Shown in pieces: positions 14,684-28,823 of a stretch of DNA of 64,000 bases (position 1 is its first letter; every line of letters begins with the position of its first letter). The position numbers and the translations under genes were made by a program. The stretch lies in contig NC_042998.1 of assembly GCF_006345805.1 (NCBI RefSeq), forward strand, positions 143,840,001-143,904,000, written 5' to 3'. The DNA comes from Octopus sinensis. Lineage: Eukaryota. The notes beneath the pieces are model-generated. The model did no database searches, was not told where the DNA came from, and saw only the letters and a list, made by a program, of their open reading frames with translations.

Positions 14684-17600
14684 TAGGCCCAACTTCACAG
14701 AAAATGTGTATCTTACATCCTCAAATACAGTAGTTCATTTTGTTGGATATGCTTATTAACATCTTTCAATTAGAAGTATGCTTGTTTAATTTATGGTAGT
14801 TTTAAAATTAATTATTATTTGTCCTTTTTAACACCCTCTGTCCCCAAACAGTATCTGAGTTAACAAAGAAGCCATTGTAATTTAGAAACTTTAACATCTT
14901 TTAATCTCAGTTCTCTCAGTATAAAGGACTATGAACACAGGAGTATGGCAAAAGACTTTGATATTAACAACAGAATAATTAAAGAGATTAAATGATACCC
15001 ATACTGTGAGTTTCTTTTAGAAATTACTCAGTGTCTTTATTAGTACTGGTATAACAAAAAAATGTACACAATACACTCTGAAATGGTTGGCATGCAACCA
15101 TTTCAGTCCTCTGGCTCATTGGATCCTGTCAAACCATTTAGTCCATACCAACACTGATGATAGAATTAAATGATGATGATGTATAAAAATACTTTATTTC
15201 TTGCCAAATATGCATTAAAGATTTGCTTCTCAATGATACACATGTTTAACTCGTTTGATACAAATTTCCTTCTTTAAAGTGATTTAAAATTAAAATCTTC
15301 ATCCAAATTTCATGTTAATTTATGTTCGTAGCACTAGCTTAAATACTCAACGAAATTCTCCATTATTTTCAAAAGTAATTAAAACAAAGGCAGTGTATTT
15401 CAACTGAAATATGGTAATAGAGTTAGTTTCATAAAACTAAAAATTGAAAAAAAAAAGAAAAGAAAAGGAACCACTTTAGAACAATGCATTGATAATTATT
15501 TACTTATCTATGTTCCTCTTTTTTGATAAGCAGTTTAAAAGTTTTAAAATTATATTACTATAATTTAATTGTTGCTTTCTAGTTTGATGTCTCTTTATAT
15601 GTTGGCTTTAATTTGGTCTGGTTGTAGGCTGCAAGTGTTACTAACTGTAAACTGTTGGTGTTGAGCGAAGCATAATGGCCTAAGCCATCTTAAATTACTA
15701 CTGAAAACCCATTAAGTTTATTCCAAACAATGTTATAAGCAAATATGTATAATCATTATCTGTGTTTTAGTTTGTTTTTTGTTTTTTTGCTTTTTTTTTT
15801 TAGTTTTTATTGTTATTTATCTAATTATATTTAGTGAAACTTCTTCATCAGGAACTTTTAATGGCTGTCAAATTCGATTTGCTGAAAGCATTTGGAGAAT
15901 TCAAATTTCATGTGAATCCCTGGAGGGTTGTACTATAGCGTTTTCAATTTCAGAACTTGAAGTTGTTTAAGTTAGAGTGAAAATTTGTGTAAGAAAGTAA
16001 AGTAATTTGTGCAGATGTGTTAAACCATTATATAAACACTTGGGTTACTTAAGTGCAGATATTTAAGTAAACTACATCATTAATGAATCAAAATTTACTT
16101 GAACATTTTACAAATTTTTCTGAAGTTTTATTAACCTGTGTGAGGTGCTTTGGCTAAATGGAATATGTGAAGTGGTGGTGTGTTTTATTTCATTCTTATT
16201 GCTCTGTCAAGTTTCATTAATATTTATTTATATGTTCAATTCTTAGAAATTCTTGAACTCATAGTTTTTCTTTTTGCCTGAATTTATAAAATAAAACTGT
16301 ATTTAGAGAAGGTAGGTCAAGTATGTTGATTCAGTAGAGGGCACTAGTGCAGAAGTTGAATTATTACACTGGTCTAGAAGTGAGAAGTTTTGTGTGTTGT
16401 AAGACAGTCATAGTATAGCAAGGATTGAAGGTAACGTGGGCTTGGGAGTGGGTGTAGAAGCTATACAAATTCAGAGGTGGGTGGGAGTAGAAACTGAACT
16501 TCTAGGGGGTAGTGTAGAAGCTAGGTGAAATAGGTGTGTAGAAGTTTATGGCTAAATGAAGGTGTGAACAAACTAATGTCAATGTAATTTTGCATTTGTG
16601 CTATAACTAATTAGTTGATATTTTGTTATAACTGTGATACATTGATACACTGAAAATAATAGTGACTGCTTTCACAAAATCTTATTTAATGATGCACAGA
16701 AGTATTAAATGTTTTATCCAAGTCAGACAAAACAAGAGAGATCCTACATCCTTGCTCAGCTATTGAAATTAGCTGCCAGAACTCCCTCAAAATACACCCC
16801 ACAGTTTGAAAAATGAAAAGGATATATTGGATAATGCAGTTCTTGACAGCTGAAAAGTAAAACAGTGTGGCCATGGCTGGAATGCCTTTGATTATTACGC
16901 TAATCAGAGATGGGTCTCTGTGCTGGTGAGATTGCTAATCGTCATTTCTTATGGAAATGTTTTTGGATTTGGTTAGTAATTAATAGCAAAAGGGAACTAG
17001 TTATAGTTTGAGGAGTGGTTGTAATATTTTCTTTGGGATTCCAACAATCACAGACTCTTATATGAATGAAACATATACATGTTATGTGAAATTGTATGCT
17101 ATACAGTGGATGTGGATGGTGTCTTAAAAAGTGGATAGCTCTACCCTTAAGATATCAAGTTACACTGCTGACAAAGAATTAAGATAGAGGGCAGGGAAGA
17201 GAGAGAGAGAGAGACAGCAATGACTCATATTGACTAGGAAAATGTCTAATGCGTCAGCAATTAATAAACCTATAGGAAGTTTGATTGTAAATGGTATTAA
17301 GTTTACATGTTCACATGTTAAGACATTGCATCACTAAATCCTACTTCAAGTTTTTCTAAGTTATTTATTTCTTATTTGTTTGGTAACGTACTATTGATAA
17401 AGTTTCCAAAATGGTCTTGTGGAGACATCATCGACTTTTTATCTTTTACTTGTCTTAGATATTGAATTGTGGGTATCCTGGGACAGCATTTTAAGTAATA
17501 ACCCAGATTCATTTGACTGGATACCTTTTTTTATGTGTAAGAAATACTATGTCTCTGCAGTTAAGGTGCTAGACTACTGGTCACACAGACTGATATCGAA

Positions 17601-19819
17601 GCATGTCACATATATTGTAGTGTTAATGTTGTATCTAGATCAGTCCCTGATCAGTTACATTTGATATGAAGTATTCCCACTTTGACCATCTCATCTTTTT
17701 GTATTATATATATAAGCACTACATTATCTAATTTATCCTTCCTTTCCTAAGACTGTAAGAGCACAATTTTAAGAACTGAGATGCTATTTTTTATCATTCA
17801 AGTGACTGCATAGTGTCTTTGGCAAAAATCAGCTCTGTTTAATCTGTATTTTGTTTGTTAAACTAAAATGCCCCTCATTTTGCAGTTGGGTTGATAGCAA
17901 TATTAAAAATAATGCTTCAAAATATGGCAGAAGGCCAGCAATTTTAGCAGGAGTGGGGTTAGTCAGTTCCATCAACCCTAGGACTTGATATATAATATTG
18001 CAGTGTTTGTTCTTGTTTTTCCATGGTAGCATGAGTTAGGGGAATATATTATTTAGATATTGTTTTGCAGGTGCAGTCATGGCTGTGTGGAGTTATACTG
18101 TGTGTCACTTTGGGCAAGTGTCTTCTATAGCCCCAGGGTTGGCCAAAGGTGACCTCAGGGTGATATGAACTCAAACATAAAAAGCCAGAAATGCCACTGA
18201 GTATTTTGTCTGACATGATAATGATGATGATAATAATGGCCAGTTCTAAAAATATTTAGCCTAGAAATATGGAGTATCAAACAAAACAATATAATGTAAA
18301 AAAAATACAATATATTGATTAGTTTCCATTACTTTTTTGTTTAATTATCTACCAATTTTTAATGATAAATTACAATGAATTTTCATTTCATTGATGTGAA
18401 TAGCAAGTATTCACACCTGTTGTATGCCCCCCCCCCGTGTGTATTTAATCCTAATCATACCAATCTGTTTGCGACCGCCCTTGATCCTATGATACAAACT
18501 TCCTGCTTTAAAGTGACCTAAACTAAAATCTTCCATCAAAATTTCATGTCAATTAATGTTCTAAACACCAGCTTTATAATGACAAAATTTTATTAAATTC
18601 TTTGTTATTTTCTAAACGAATTGAAACAAAATCTGCATATTTTAACAGAAATATTGTTACAAAATGTTTGATCCTTTTGTTTCCATATCCCTGCTGAAAT
18701 ACACTGTCTTTGTTGCAATTCATTTGAAATAACCACTATTTGTTCTGTTTTCCTGTCATCTAAACTTAAGAATTATGCTTCTTTAAATCATTTGCTTTCT
18801 CATAATTTTCCTTCCTTCTACCCCCAAAAGGAGAGATTGGTCACTTTCTTATAATTAACTTTATGTTTGTCAATAAAGAAAGAAAATGTTAAAGAGGATT
18901 AAGCCAAAAGCAGTGTTTGTTCAGTTTTTATGGCTTTTCCCATGTTAGCATGAGTTAGAGGATACCTTATCAAAGTATTGTTTTACAGGTGCAGGTGTGG
19001 CTGTGCATCTGTGTAGTTTGCTTCCCAACTACATGGTTTTGGTTCAGTCCCATTGTGTCGCACCTTGGACAAGTATCTTCTATTGCCCTGCACTGGCCAA
19101 AGCCTTGTGAGTGGGCTTGGTGAAAGAAACCTGTGAGTTTGTGTCTCTTTTTTTGTCTTGACATCACATGATGGTTGTAAGCAAGTGTCACAATCACAAG
19201 TAATTTCATTCATTTCCTGTCTGCCATAAAAACATGTTTGGTTAAGGAGAAATATTACCTTACTTGGAAACAGGTAAGTGTTGGCAACAGAAAGGGCATC
19301 TACCTGTAAAAAAAAATCTACCGTGACAAATTCCATCTGATCCATGCAAGCATAGAAAAGTGAAATTTAAAACAATAATGAGGAGGAGGATGCCTTTCCT
19401 GATGCTAATTCTCACCTCTTTTCTTAGTAAGGGATTTCCTATTCTACACACTTTTGAAGAGGAAATAACAATGTCACTGCTTGTAGCCTTGTAATTTTTA
19501 GAAACACAAATACACACACTCCTGAAAGGCTTCTTTCAGATTCCTTCTATTAAATCCACTCACAAGATTTTGGTTGACCCAAAATAGAACATGCTGCACA
19601 GTAGGACTGAATTCAAGACTTCATTGTTGGGAAATGCACTTTTTAGCAACAAATCTATGCTTGTGTCCATGTTACTTTGTTAATATACACAGTTGGAGTG
19701 TTTCAAGTATTGTGGAAGGATTTGGTAAATTTAAATTAAATCTATATAAAACAGATCTTTTCTGCTTTAAGTTATTTAAAAGTAGCTCATGAATATTTTG
19801 TTTATTAACAGATATAACA

Positions 19820-20112
19820 ATGGAAAAAAATTCAAGTGGGGAAAGTAATGGTATAACAGAAGGAAATGCTACTTCAAAAGGGTCTCCAATAGCACCAGAA
19901 ACTCCCACAAGCACAACTAAGGAATCTGATAATGCAGAAAATCTCTCAACAACTGATTCTAGCAAGGTTGCCTCTGTTCCAGCTACTGTCTCATCAACAT
20001 CTTCTGCCAATTCTTCCCCTTCTACACCACCAGAAAATTGCATTCCTTCAGAGGATACTGCCAGAGAAACTACTGACAATTCTCCACCAGATGATAAATC
20101 TTCAGAATCAAG
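19820..20112 (+). CDS. GATAD2A: p66/GATAD2 homolog, first coding exon (Ser/Thr/Pro-rich low-complexity N-terminus)
   Basis: Acceptor ttaacag ends at 19811, ATG at 19820, donor AG|gtgagt at 20112/20113 (phase 2). Splices in frame to 22210. Confidence 0.8.
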
Positions 20113-20168
20113 GTGAGTGCTTTTTTTTTAAAGTTCATATTTATTTTGTATTACAAACACCAACTTAA

Positions 20169-20392
20169 CCCTTTAGAAATAAATGCTAAAGGGTTAAGCT
20201 GGTGTTATATTTGGCCTAGATATTGTGTTATATGTTGAAACTGGACAGATCTGGCTGCTCCAGAAAAATACTCTAGGAAAATAAATGATTGCATCATTGA
20301 AATCTCAAAGCTATGAGATAATGCATCATTAATTCAAAACAATGTAAGTAAATAAACATTACATTTGACAGAGTAATCTGAATGCTAAAGGG
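20169..20392. mobile_element. piggyBac-type MITE family B, rearranged copy nested in a family A fragment
   Basis: TTAA|ccctttag ... ctaaaggg|TTAA; homologous to 22512-22730. Confidence 0.8.
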
Positions 20393-22209
20393 TTAATATT
20401 GGACATAGTTATTTTACTAAATTCTTCAGTATTTTCAAAATTAAGGGTACCTCATTTTTGTGTGTGTTTAAGTGTTCTCTTAATCTGAAATGGAGGTTTT
20501 TAAAAATCAGAAATGATTAAGTCTTATAACTTAGTGTGTATTATTGTAACACATTACAATGTTCTTTTATAAACTTTTTTTTTAATACAGAAAGTTCAAA
20601 TTGGATGAGAGTTAAAACAGCTTCAGATGAAATAATTGAAACATGTAATAAAAATAACGAGTGATAGGAAAGCTTAGCTGTCACTTGCAAGTGTAACTTA
20701 GCAGCATGTACAGGTTGCAGCAAAACAAGCCCTCAAATTCACCATTCCCGATAAACATTTCAATAGCAAATGCACCATGTGCACTGGTCCAAACCATGAT
20801 AGTAACTGATGAAAAAAATGGTTATATATCAGCTGCATGAAGATACTACCACCAGCCTAACTTCACTAGCATCACACCAATGACTGTAAAATATGAAAGG
20901 TCTTTCTTCCTTGTACTGTATTTTGTTTAATACTAGTACTAAAAGAAATTATTCTTAGTGTATTATTGAATAAGCATAAGATTTGTTCATTTCCCTAGTA
21001 GTTAGTTCTAATCTATTAAATATTACAACCTTCTATATCATAGAGCTGTTTTACACTAGATTCATATCTATTTCATAATGATATTCGTATTTGAATTCTA
21101 ATCAGATTGTTCCTACTTTTTGTATAGTTATTGTTTGTGAGTGTAATTTTTTTCTTTTTTTTGTTACTTTATTTTGTATATATTTCTTAATACAAAATAG
21201 CTTTTATGTTTTGGCTTATGTTTAATCAAATTGTTTATCAAGTTATATACATATTGTATGTAATACAGTTTATTTGTCGGATCTTCATAGAGTATAAACT
21301 TGTCAACTGAGTAAACCTAGATATTTGTAGTTTGTTGCTCTCAGTCTAATGATATAGAAGGCAAATTTCCCTCTCTAAAAAGAAATACCTTGAGCATTTC
21401 TGGTAATGCAAGAACACTAAGTCTTTAAGACTGCATGATAGTCACTCTAGTCATAAATGAGAGATGAGGGTTCCAGAACTTCTTGCCAACAACCTGCACA
21501 GATGATTTGCTTATAATAATCAAATGTTTGTGGTGTACGTTAAGCTCACTCTCTGCAACAAATTGACATTGCCAGTACAAGTGCACAATGTGTCACATGT
21601 CAAAGTGGTCACAGAGCAACATGAAATTGTTATATCTTGGTTTAAAACTACAGCCTCGCATCTGTTGCAAGTATTAGGATTTGGACCTGGTCCCTGGTTA
21701 AGGGTAACTTCCTCCCTCCCACCTACTAGTCTCAGAAGCCCTCTAAAGAGTCATAGACAATGCTTTCCCTCCCAAATAAAAAGACAAAAGATTTAGAATT
21801 AAGTGAAAGCTATAATGTGAACTAGTTATCTAAGTTCACAATTTGATTGCAATCTATATTGGTTTCTCTTCATTAAGACCCATTAATGACTGAGGAAAGT
21901 ATGAACATCACACAATCTCATTCTTTCTTAAAATATTGAGGTTTACTGAGGTTTGGTATCTAAATGAGGAATCAAAATTACATTATTTTATATTCATATT
22001 TTATGAAGTTATGTGCTACATACACTACTTGTAAACTATACAATAACAATATGCTATGTAAATAATATTTTTAATATAAAATGTATTATTATAAATTTTC
22101 AGCAGCTTGTTATTCAATGAGAGTATTATAATTGATTTTTGTTTTTGATAGGTTTGTGTGTCATTGTATCATATGTGTTATGGCTATATATCTGTTATAT
22201 ATTTTCTAG

Positions 22210-22410
22210 CACTAAACTTGGAACAGATGATAAAAAAGCTAGTAATGAAGAAAAGCGACCAGTTGCACTGGGAGCCCTGCCACCTATCAGAAAAGCGCCA
22301 AATAGTTCAACCTCAAGTACCAAGTTGGATGACTCCAAACAGGCTATTTCATTAGCAAAATCGTCTACAGGACCTTCACCTCTGTCATGTGAGCCACCAC
22401 CAGAGAAAAA
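22210..22410 (+). CDS. GATAD2A: p66/GATAD2 homolog, second coding exon
   Basis: Acceptor ttttctag|C at 22209/22210 and donor AA|gtaaga at 22410/22411, both phase 2. The junction to the last exon reads PPPEKKLKLEP, an NLS-like motif resembling the GATAD2 N-terminus. Confidence 0.85.
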
Positions 22411-22511
22411 GTAAGATGTTCACTTATTTAGTTGATAAATACATCTATAAAAGGTGTATATTGTGCATATCTATGTGGAAATTATATATTTTAAGTTTAG
22501 ATTTACTTTAA

Positions 22512-22730
22512 CCCTTTAGTATTTAAACCGGCCATATCCGGCCAAAATAGTTAATCTGTTTTATGTTCAAACTGACCAGATCCAGGCTCTCACATCTACT
22601 CTACAATGTTATTCTACATTAGGTAATTACACCATCAAGATCTTGAAGATATGAGATAATGCATGATTAATTCAAATCAATGGGAATCAATAAGCATTAT
22701 GTTTGATAGAATAATCTGAACACTAAAGGG
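22512..22730. mobile_element. piggyBac-type MITE family B, intact copy
   Basis: TTAA target-site duplications at 22508-22511 and 22731-22734. TIRs ccctttagtattta and tgaacactaaaggg match at 12/14. Confidence 0.9.
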
Positions 22731-25700
22731 TTAAATAGATTTATTTTATATGAATTTAAGGCTTATTAAATATAGCCTTTATAAATGAAAAACTTTGGTA
22801 TTTAGCATGTAGACAAAGTCTGTTGCTTTGAGAGACAACAATGGAATCATCGTCGTCATCACTTAATGTCCACTTCTCCATGCTTGCATGAATCAACAGA
22901 ATTTTGTTGAGGGGGAATTTTCAACAGCCAAATATCTTTCCTGTCACCAATGCTCTCCTATTTCTTTGGAAGGTAATATCTCCCTCCAACCAGACATGTT
23001 TTTCACTAAACTTGTATAATGGTGTTTGTTTACAACCATTACACTGTCAAGTCAATGGTACACACACGCATAACACTTTTTTTATTTCCATCTACCAGAT
23101 CCGCTCACCATACTTTGGTTGGCCCTGATCTGCAGTAGAAGACATTGTCCAAGGTGCCATACTGGGAAAGAAGCTCTTGGTCCACACAGCTGTGCCTGCA
23201 CCTTACAGCCACATCCGTTTCTCCCATCCACACTATAAAATGAAAACTAGGCATGATTACAAATTAATGCCCTGGTAGAATAAAAAATAGTTCTGTTGAG
23301 AGTTATGGGGAATATTGCTAAATGTGTTGTCAGGTGTTTCACTGGCCAACAGTGATACCTCACTCTGTGTAATGTTGAGGAAAGAGAAATAAGTTATCAT
23401 TAACATGGTTTGAGGGGTGCACAAGAATTGTCTTTGAATATCTTGGAATTGTTGACCACAATGAATACTTCTAGTGCAATGGTGCAAGCTGAATAACACT
23501 ACCAACTCTTGTTGTAATCTACAGAAATTAGAAAATAGTAGAATATGGAGGTTAAATTCTACAATAATGTAAGAAGTTTAAAGTGTGTGGGTTTTCATTA
23601 ATGATTGAAAGATTCACTTTCTTGGCAGTTGGAGTGTGATACAAATATTAAGCATGATCTATCAAATATTATTTGAAATTATGATATTATAATGGATTAA
23701 ATCCCATGCTGACAAAGGTTAGATAAAACTGATTGAGGCAGTATTCTATGGCCAGATGCCACCTTTCCTGTTGCCAACCATTGTTCTTCAAGTAAGGATA
23801 TAAAAGCGCCAAATGATGGAATGTAATGCTGATGGGATAGCAGAAACATGCACACACACACACACACTTCTCGCTCTAAGCAGACACTGGAACACAATGC
23901 AGTCCTTGGACTCATCAGATCCTTCCAAACCATCGAACTCATGCCAGCATGGAACATGGATGCTACATGATATATATATTCATTCGTGTGTTAGCCTTTA
24001 CATTCATTTTTCCATTCTTGCATGGATTGGACAGATATATTGCATAATGGCTAGAAGTTCATTATGTCACTAACCCTCATTTCTTGTTTTTCAATTAGAG
24101 GCATACGTCCAGTGGACAATTTGTTGACAGGAATAAATGACAACAATGTCATCACTTATAGCTCAGTACTTTTTTTAGAGAAGTGAAAATGTAAACAAAC
24201 ACACATGTGTACACACATGTGACAAGCTTCTGCACATTATTTAACTTCAACTACAAGAATTGATTACCTTACAAGGTATTATGCTAGGGATGGGATCCAA
24301 AATCACATAGTTGTAAAATGAATCACACTATCAAATTTGTCATAATATAATGCAAACTATCTTAATTTTAACCTTTTGTGAGCATATTTCTGATGAAATA
24401 CACTGCTTATGTTTTAAGTAATTTTGAAAGTAATCAAAAATTTGGAGAATTTTGTAAAATAACCTTGTTCATTGATTGGTATTTTGAACATTACTTAATA
24501 GAAAAGTTCTTCGCTTTTTAAATTAAAAATGGAACAGAAAGGCTGCCCAAAGTCTGGTGAGTGGATTTAGTAGATGAAAATGGCAGAAACCTGTCGTGTG
24601 TGATATATCTTTAGAACTCAGGCACAGGCATGGCTGTGTGCTTCTGAACCATGTAGTTTGGGATTCAGCAGGAAGGGAATCTGGCCAGAGAAAATCTGCT
24701 TCAGCAAAATTTCACCTGACCCAATACAAGCATGGAAAAAGTGAATGTTAGGATGATGATAATGATGATTTTATATGAGCAAATTAAAGGCTGTCTCAAA
24801 GGGATTGGCCATCATTGAATATGACCCTTTCATTTCCAGTGTTGAAAACTACCTTTGCTTTAATTTTTAAAATAATGAAGAATTTAGTAAAACAACTTAT
24901 CGTTATACTGATATTTAGATCACTTTCAAACAAGAAATTTATTATATCACAGAACTAAAAACAGTCTCAGGCTGATTGACATCAAAGGATTAATGCATTT
25001 TTAATAGTGTTTGGTGTTCAAAATAAGTTTATTACTAAATTTCATTTGCATGTCTAACCACATGTTGATAAGAACACTAAATCATGAAATATGTAGTAGC
25101 ATTACTTTCCTTTTTAATAATGTATGGATGTGATACAGTATTTGACCTAATTTTTCATGAAATAATTAGGCTAAGTTGAAAAAAATTCTAATAAACAAAT
25201 TTGGTGAATGTTGGGGTCTTGTTTAGCGATGTGAAAAAATATAAACTTCAACTCTTGAAGGTCACATTTTTCAGATACTTTTTGTGAAATTTTTGCTAAA
25301 CCTTAAAGTAAATTTTAATGAATTAAGTGTGGAGTGCATTAAATATCTTAAGTCAGCAAATTTATGCAATATAGACTAGTTTAATCATGCGTATATTCCT
25401 TAAAATAACATTGACACAGCAGACATGGCCAATGCTATGTGGTGATCTACTTCACAGCAATGCGGTTTCAGGTTCAGGCCTACTGCACTGCACGTTGGGC
25501 AAGTTTCATCCTCTACAACTCCAGACCAACTAAAGTCTTGTTAGTGAATATAATCAGCAGAAACTGAAAAGAAGCCAACACTGACTAACAGAAGACCCAA
25601 GTGTGTGGGCAAGCTGGGGCAATGCCTTCAAAGTTTATACTTGGTTATATTGATCTCAGTACATTGCTTCACACTTACTTTATTGATCACTTTAGAAGAA

Positions 25701-26089
25701 AGGTTAAGTTGACTTTGGCTTAAAGGGATTTATACATCCATACCTATTAAGTTATTTTTAATACTTTTCTTACTGGATTGTGTGCTCGTTTCACTTTTTG
25801 TCACCTGTGATTTTATTTTTGATCTTCTATATATTAGAAGATACTTCCTATGTCTGGCTGCTTTTCTCTCTACAAAACAGAAAGTTACATTGCGGAACAG
25901 TCATTTTTAATGAGTTGTATTTAATTATTACCCGACGAGATACATCTGCACCACTGGATGCTCCTGAACCAGATGTTGAGTGTTCCACACAAGATGAATT
26001 GATGCTAGATGTGTTGAAACAATTGTTGTGATTAATAACAAATTCTTGTAAATTCCGTCTACTGTCTTTAATTATCCATTACATATATA

Positions 26090-26139
<50 letters not shown>

Positions 26140-26143
<4 letters not shown>

Positions 26144-26282
26144 ATAAGATTGTTAATTTAAAAATATAATAACAATTTTATCAAGTGGTCAGCATGGAAA
26201 AAATAAGGTGGTTTTAGAGTTGGATCATGGCTGCTATTTTCAGCATGGTGGTATCTTGTAGATACCCTAATTTATAATTTTA

Positions 26283-26288
<6 letters not shown>
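26140..26288. mobile_element. (TA)n-flanked PLE-type terminal fragment with an internal inversion
   Basis: First part is colinear with 58479-58535; second part is the reverse complement of about 58558-58640. Confidence 0.65.
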
Positions 26289-26332
<44 letters not shown>

Positions 26333-28519
26333 GTAAAGAGGTACATGTGTATGTAGGGAGAGGTATTTCCTGTCTTGACGTGATGCAGTAGTAGTAAACC
26401 TTACCACATACAAATGTGGCTGTTTGTTTACAATCTCCTGTGAAAACATTACTTTCATGAAAACAGATGAGGGTTAGTGAGAGGCAGGGCATCCAACCAT
26501 AGAAAATCTACCTCAGTGGCTCTCATCTGATACATGCAAGCATGATGTTCTTCAATTCTCAAACTACTTGGAATAAGAATAGGTAGGAGGGAAGTTATTC
26601 TGTTTTATGAAATCGCAACAACAAATATATTTTCTTTTTTATTTACATCGTGTGTAGGCATGGGTGTGTGGTTTGTTTGAAACTTGTTTTGTTGTGTGGA
26701 AGCTTGTTAGATGTATATGTATCAGTGAGGGATGTCCAAACAAAAATACCTTGTGATATTTAGTTTGATCCCTTTAAGCCAAAGTCAACTTAACCTTTCT
26801 TCTGAACTGATCAATATAACCAAGTATAAACTTTGAAGGCAGTGCCCCAGCTTGGCCACACACTTGGCTCTTCTATTAGTGTTGGCTATGCATCTGCACA
26901 TGCACAGGCTGTTTTCTTTGTTAAGACGACGATTAACTGTTAGATTGCATGCAAGTTCCCACACACACACACACACACATCCAAGGGAATGGTCAGTGAA
27001 AGGATGGAAAGCAAAGTTGACCTTGGTGAGATATGAACTCAGAGCACCAAGAGTTGAGACAAATGCTGCAAGCCATTCTATTTGTCATTCTAATCATCTT
27101 TCCAATTCACGTTACTTCCCAGTGGCTTAGCTGTCATAAGTAAATGAGTATGACCTGGTAGCTTCCACCGTGCTTTTACTAGTCATTTAGGATCCTCATG
27201 TTGCGAGCAGTCATTGCAACTCATTTGGAACAATATGAAATGAAGTGCTTTGTTCAAAGACACAACACACTGCCCAATTCAAGAATCAAACCCACAACCC
27301 TGCAGTCATGATCACTTAGCCACACACCATTGGCTAAAACTAATGAAATATAGCATCAATTCCTCTTGGAATCGATGCTAATAAAACAGTGCTGGTCCGA
27401 TGACTAAGTTTCTTATGGACATGTCATCACCACTATTTCAGCTCTTTCCTGTTCCACCTGATCATTCTTATCTTTTCTTAAATGTGAGTAGCCAAGTTGC
27501 TTTTCTACACCAAAAAAAACCTACTCTTCCCCCCTTCTTTCATACTATAACTCCTCAGCTCCTAGCATAAAGCCATGCGACCCCACCCTCAGGGTTCAAA
27601 GTCTAGTAAGTTGCATGCCGACCTCACTAGTGCTGGTGGCACAAATAAAAAATGCACTCAGTATTTGTTATAAAATTATTGGTGTTAGAAAGGGCATCCA
27701 GCTGTAGACACCATACTATAGCAGACACTGGAACATGATGCAGTTCTTGGGTCCATTGGATCCTGTCAAATTATCTAGTCCATTTCAGCATGGAACATGG
27801 AACTTAAATGATGATGACGACGACAATGAGTCAAACACTTGTGTCTGACTTGCCTATTGTAATCCTGTCCTGTTTTAGTAGCTCAATCAGTCATCCAAAT
27901 TGAATGTTTTAATTTATGTCCAGCTTTTGCTACTACTAGAATCCAGCTCCCCCAACTTGAAGTGTAACCAATTACATGAATGTGTTTTTACAGAATTAGT
28001 CATCAACTATATAGCCTTGATATCTCTGCAATCTATCCTTGCTGCTTTGTTTATTATCACTGTTAGAACTAACATGATAGCCGCTTTAATGTATTCACTT
28101 CTTTTTTTTTTTTTTATAACACTTTCTTCCCTATTTTTTTTTTTCTTCTGCTACAAAAGAACTTATAGGTGGTGTCACTAGAATAACAACTGCATCACTT
28201 AATGAGGTTTAACTGCATTTAGAGCTGCTGAGAAATTTTCAGCTGAAGTCAAGATTACTGTCCAACTAATTTGATCATCTTTAAGATTATTTAAAACTGT
28301 TAATGGAAAATTAAATTCTAACCTTCTGCTAAAAACAAATTAAATAGTTGTCATCGTCCTTTTTATGTCCATTTTTCCATGAGTTGGATAGAGTTTATTG
28401 AAGCCTATGCCCCTCTAGTTGTTAACCTTCACTTCTTTTCAAGTCAGCTAATATTTCCCCGTGACCAGACATGCTTTTGCAAAATACTAGAAATAAATAA
28501 CATTACTTGTTATTACGCG

Positions 28520-28823
28520 ACCGTTGCCAGCACCGCCCCGTTTCGTGTCCGTTGCCAGCCTCGCCTGGCCCTCGTGCCGGTGGCACATAAAAAGCACCAT
28601 CCGTTCGTGGCCGTTTGCCAGCTCTGTCTGGCACCAGTGCGGGTGGCACGTAAAAAGCACCCACTACACTCACGGAGTGGTTGGCGTTAGGAAGGGCATC
28701 CAGCCGTAGAAACACTGCCAGATTTGACTGGGCCTGATGAAACCTTCTGGCTTCACAGACCCCAGTAGAACCGTCCAACCCATGCTAGCATGGAAAACGG
28801 ACGCTAAATGATGATGATGATGA
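28520..28823 (+). mobile_element. Young SINE fragment with internal ~60 bp tandem units, V-domain-like segment and (GAT)n tail
   Basis: Two gtggcac.taaaaagcacc units, gttggcgttaggaagggcatccagccgtagaaa and tail aaatgatgatgatgat; CpG-rich. Confidence 0.75.
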
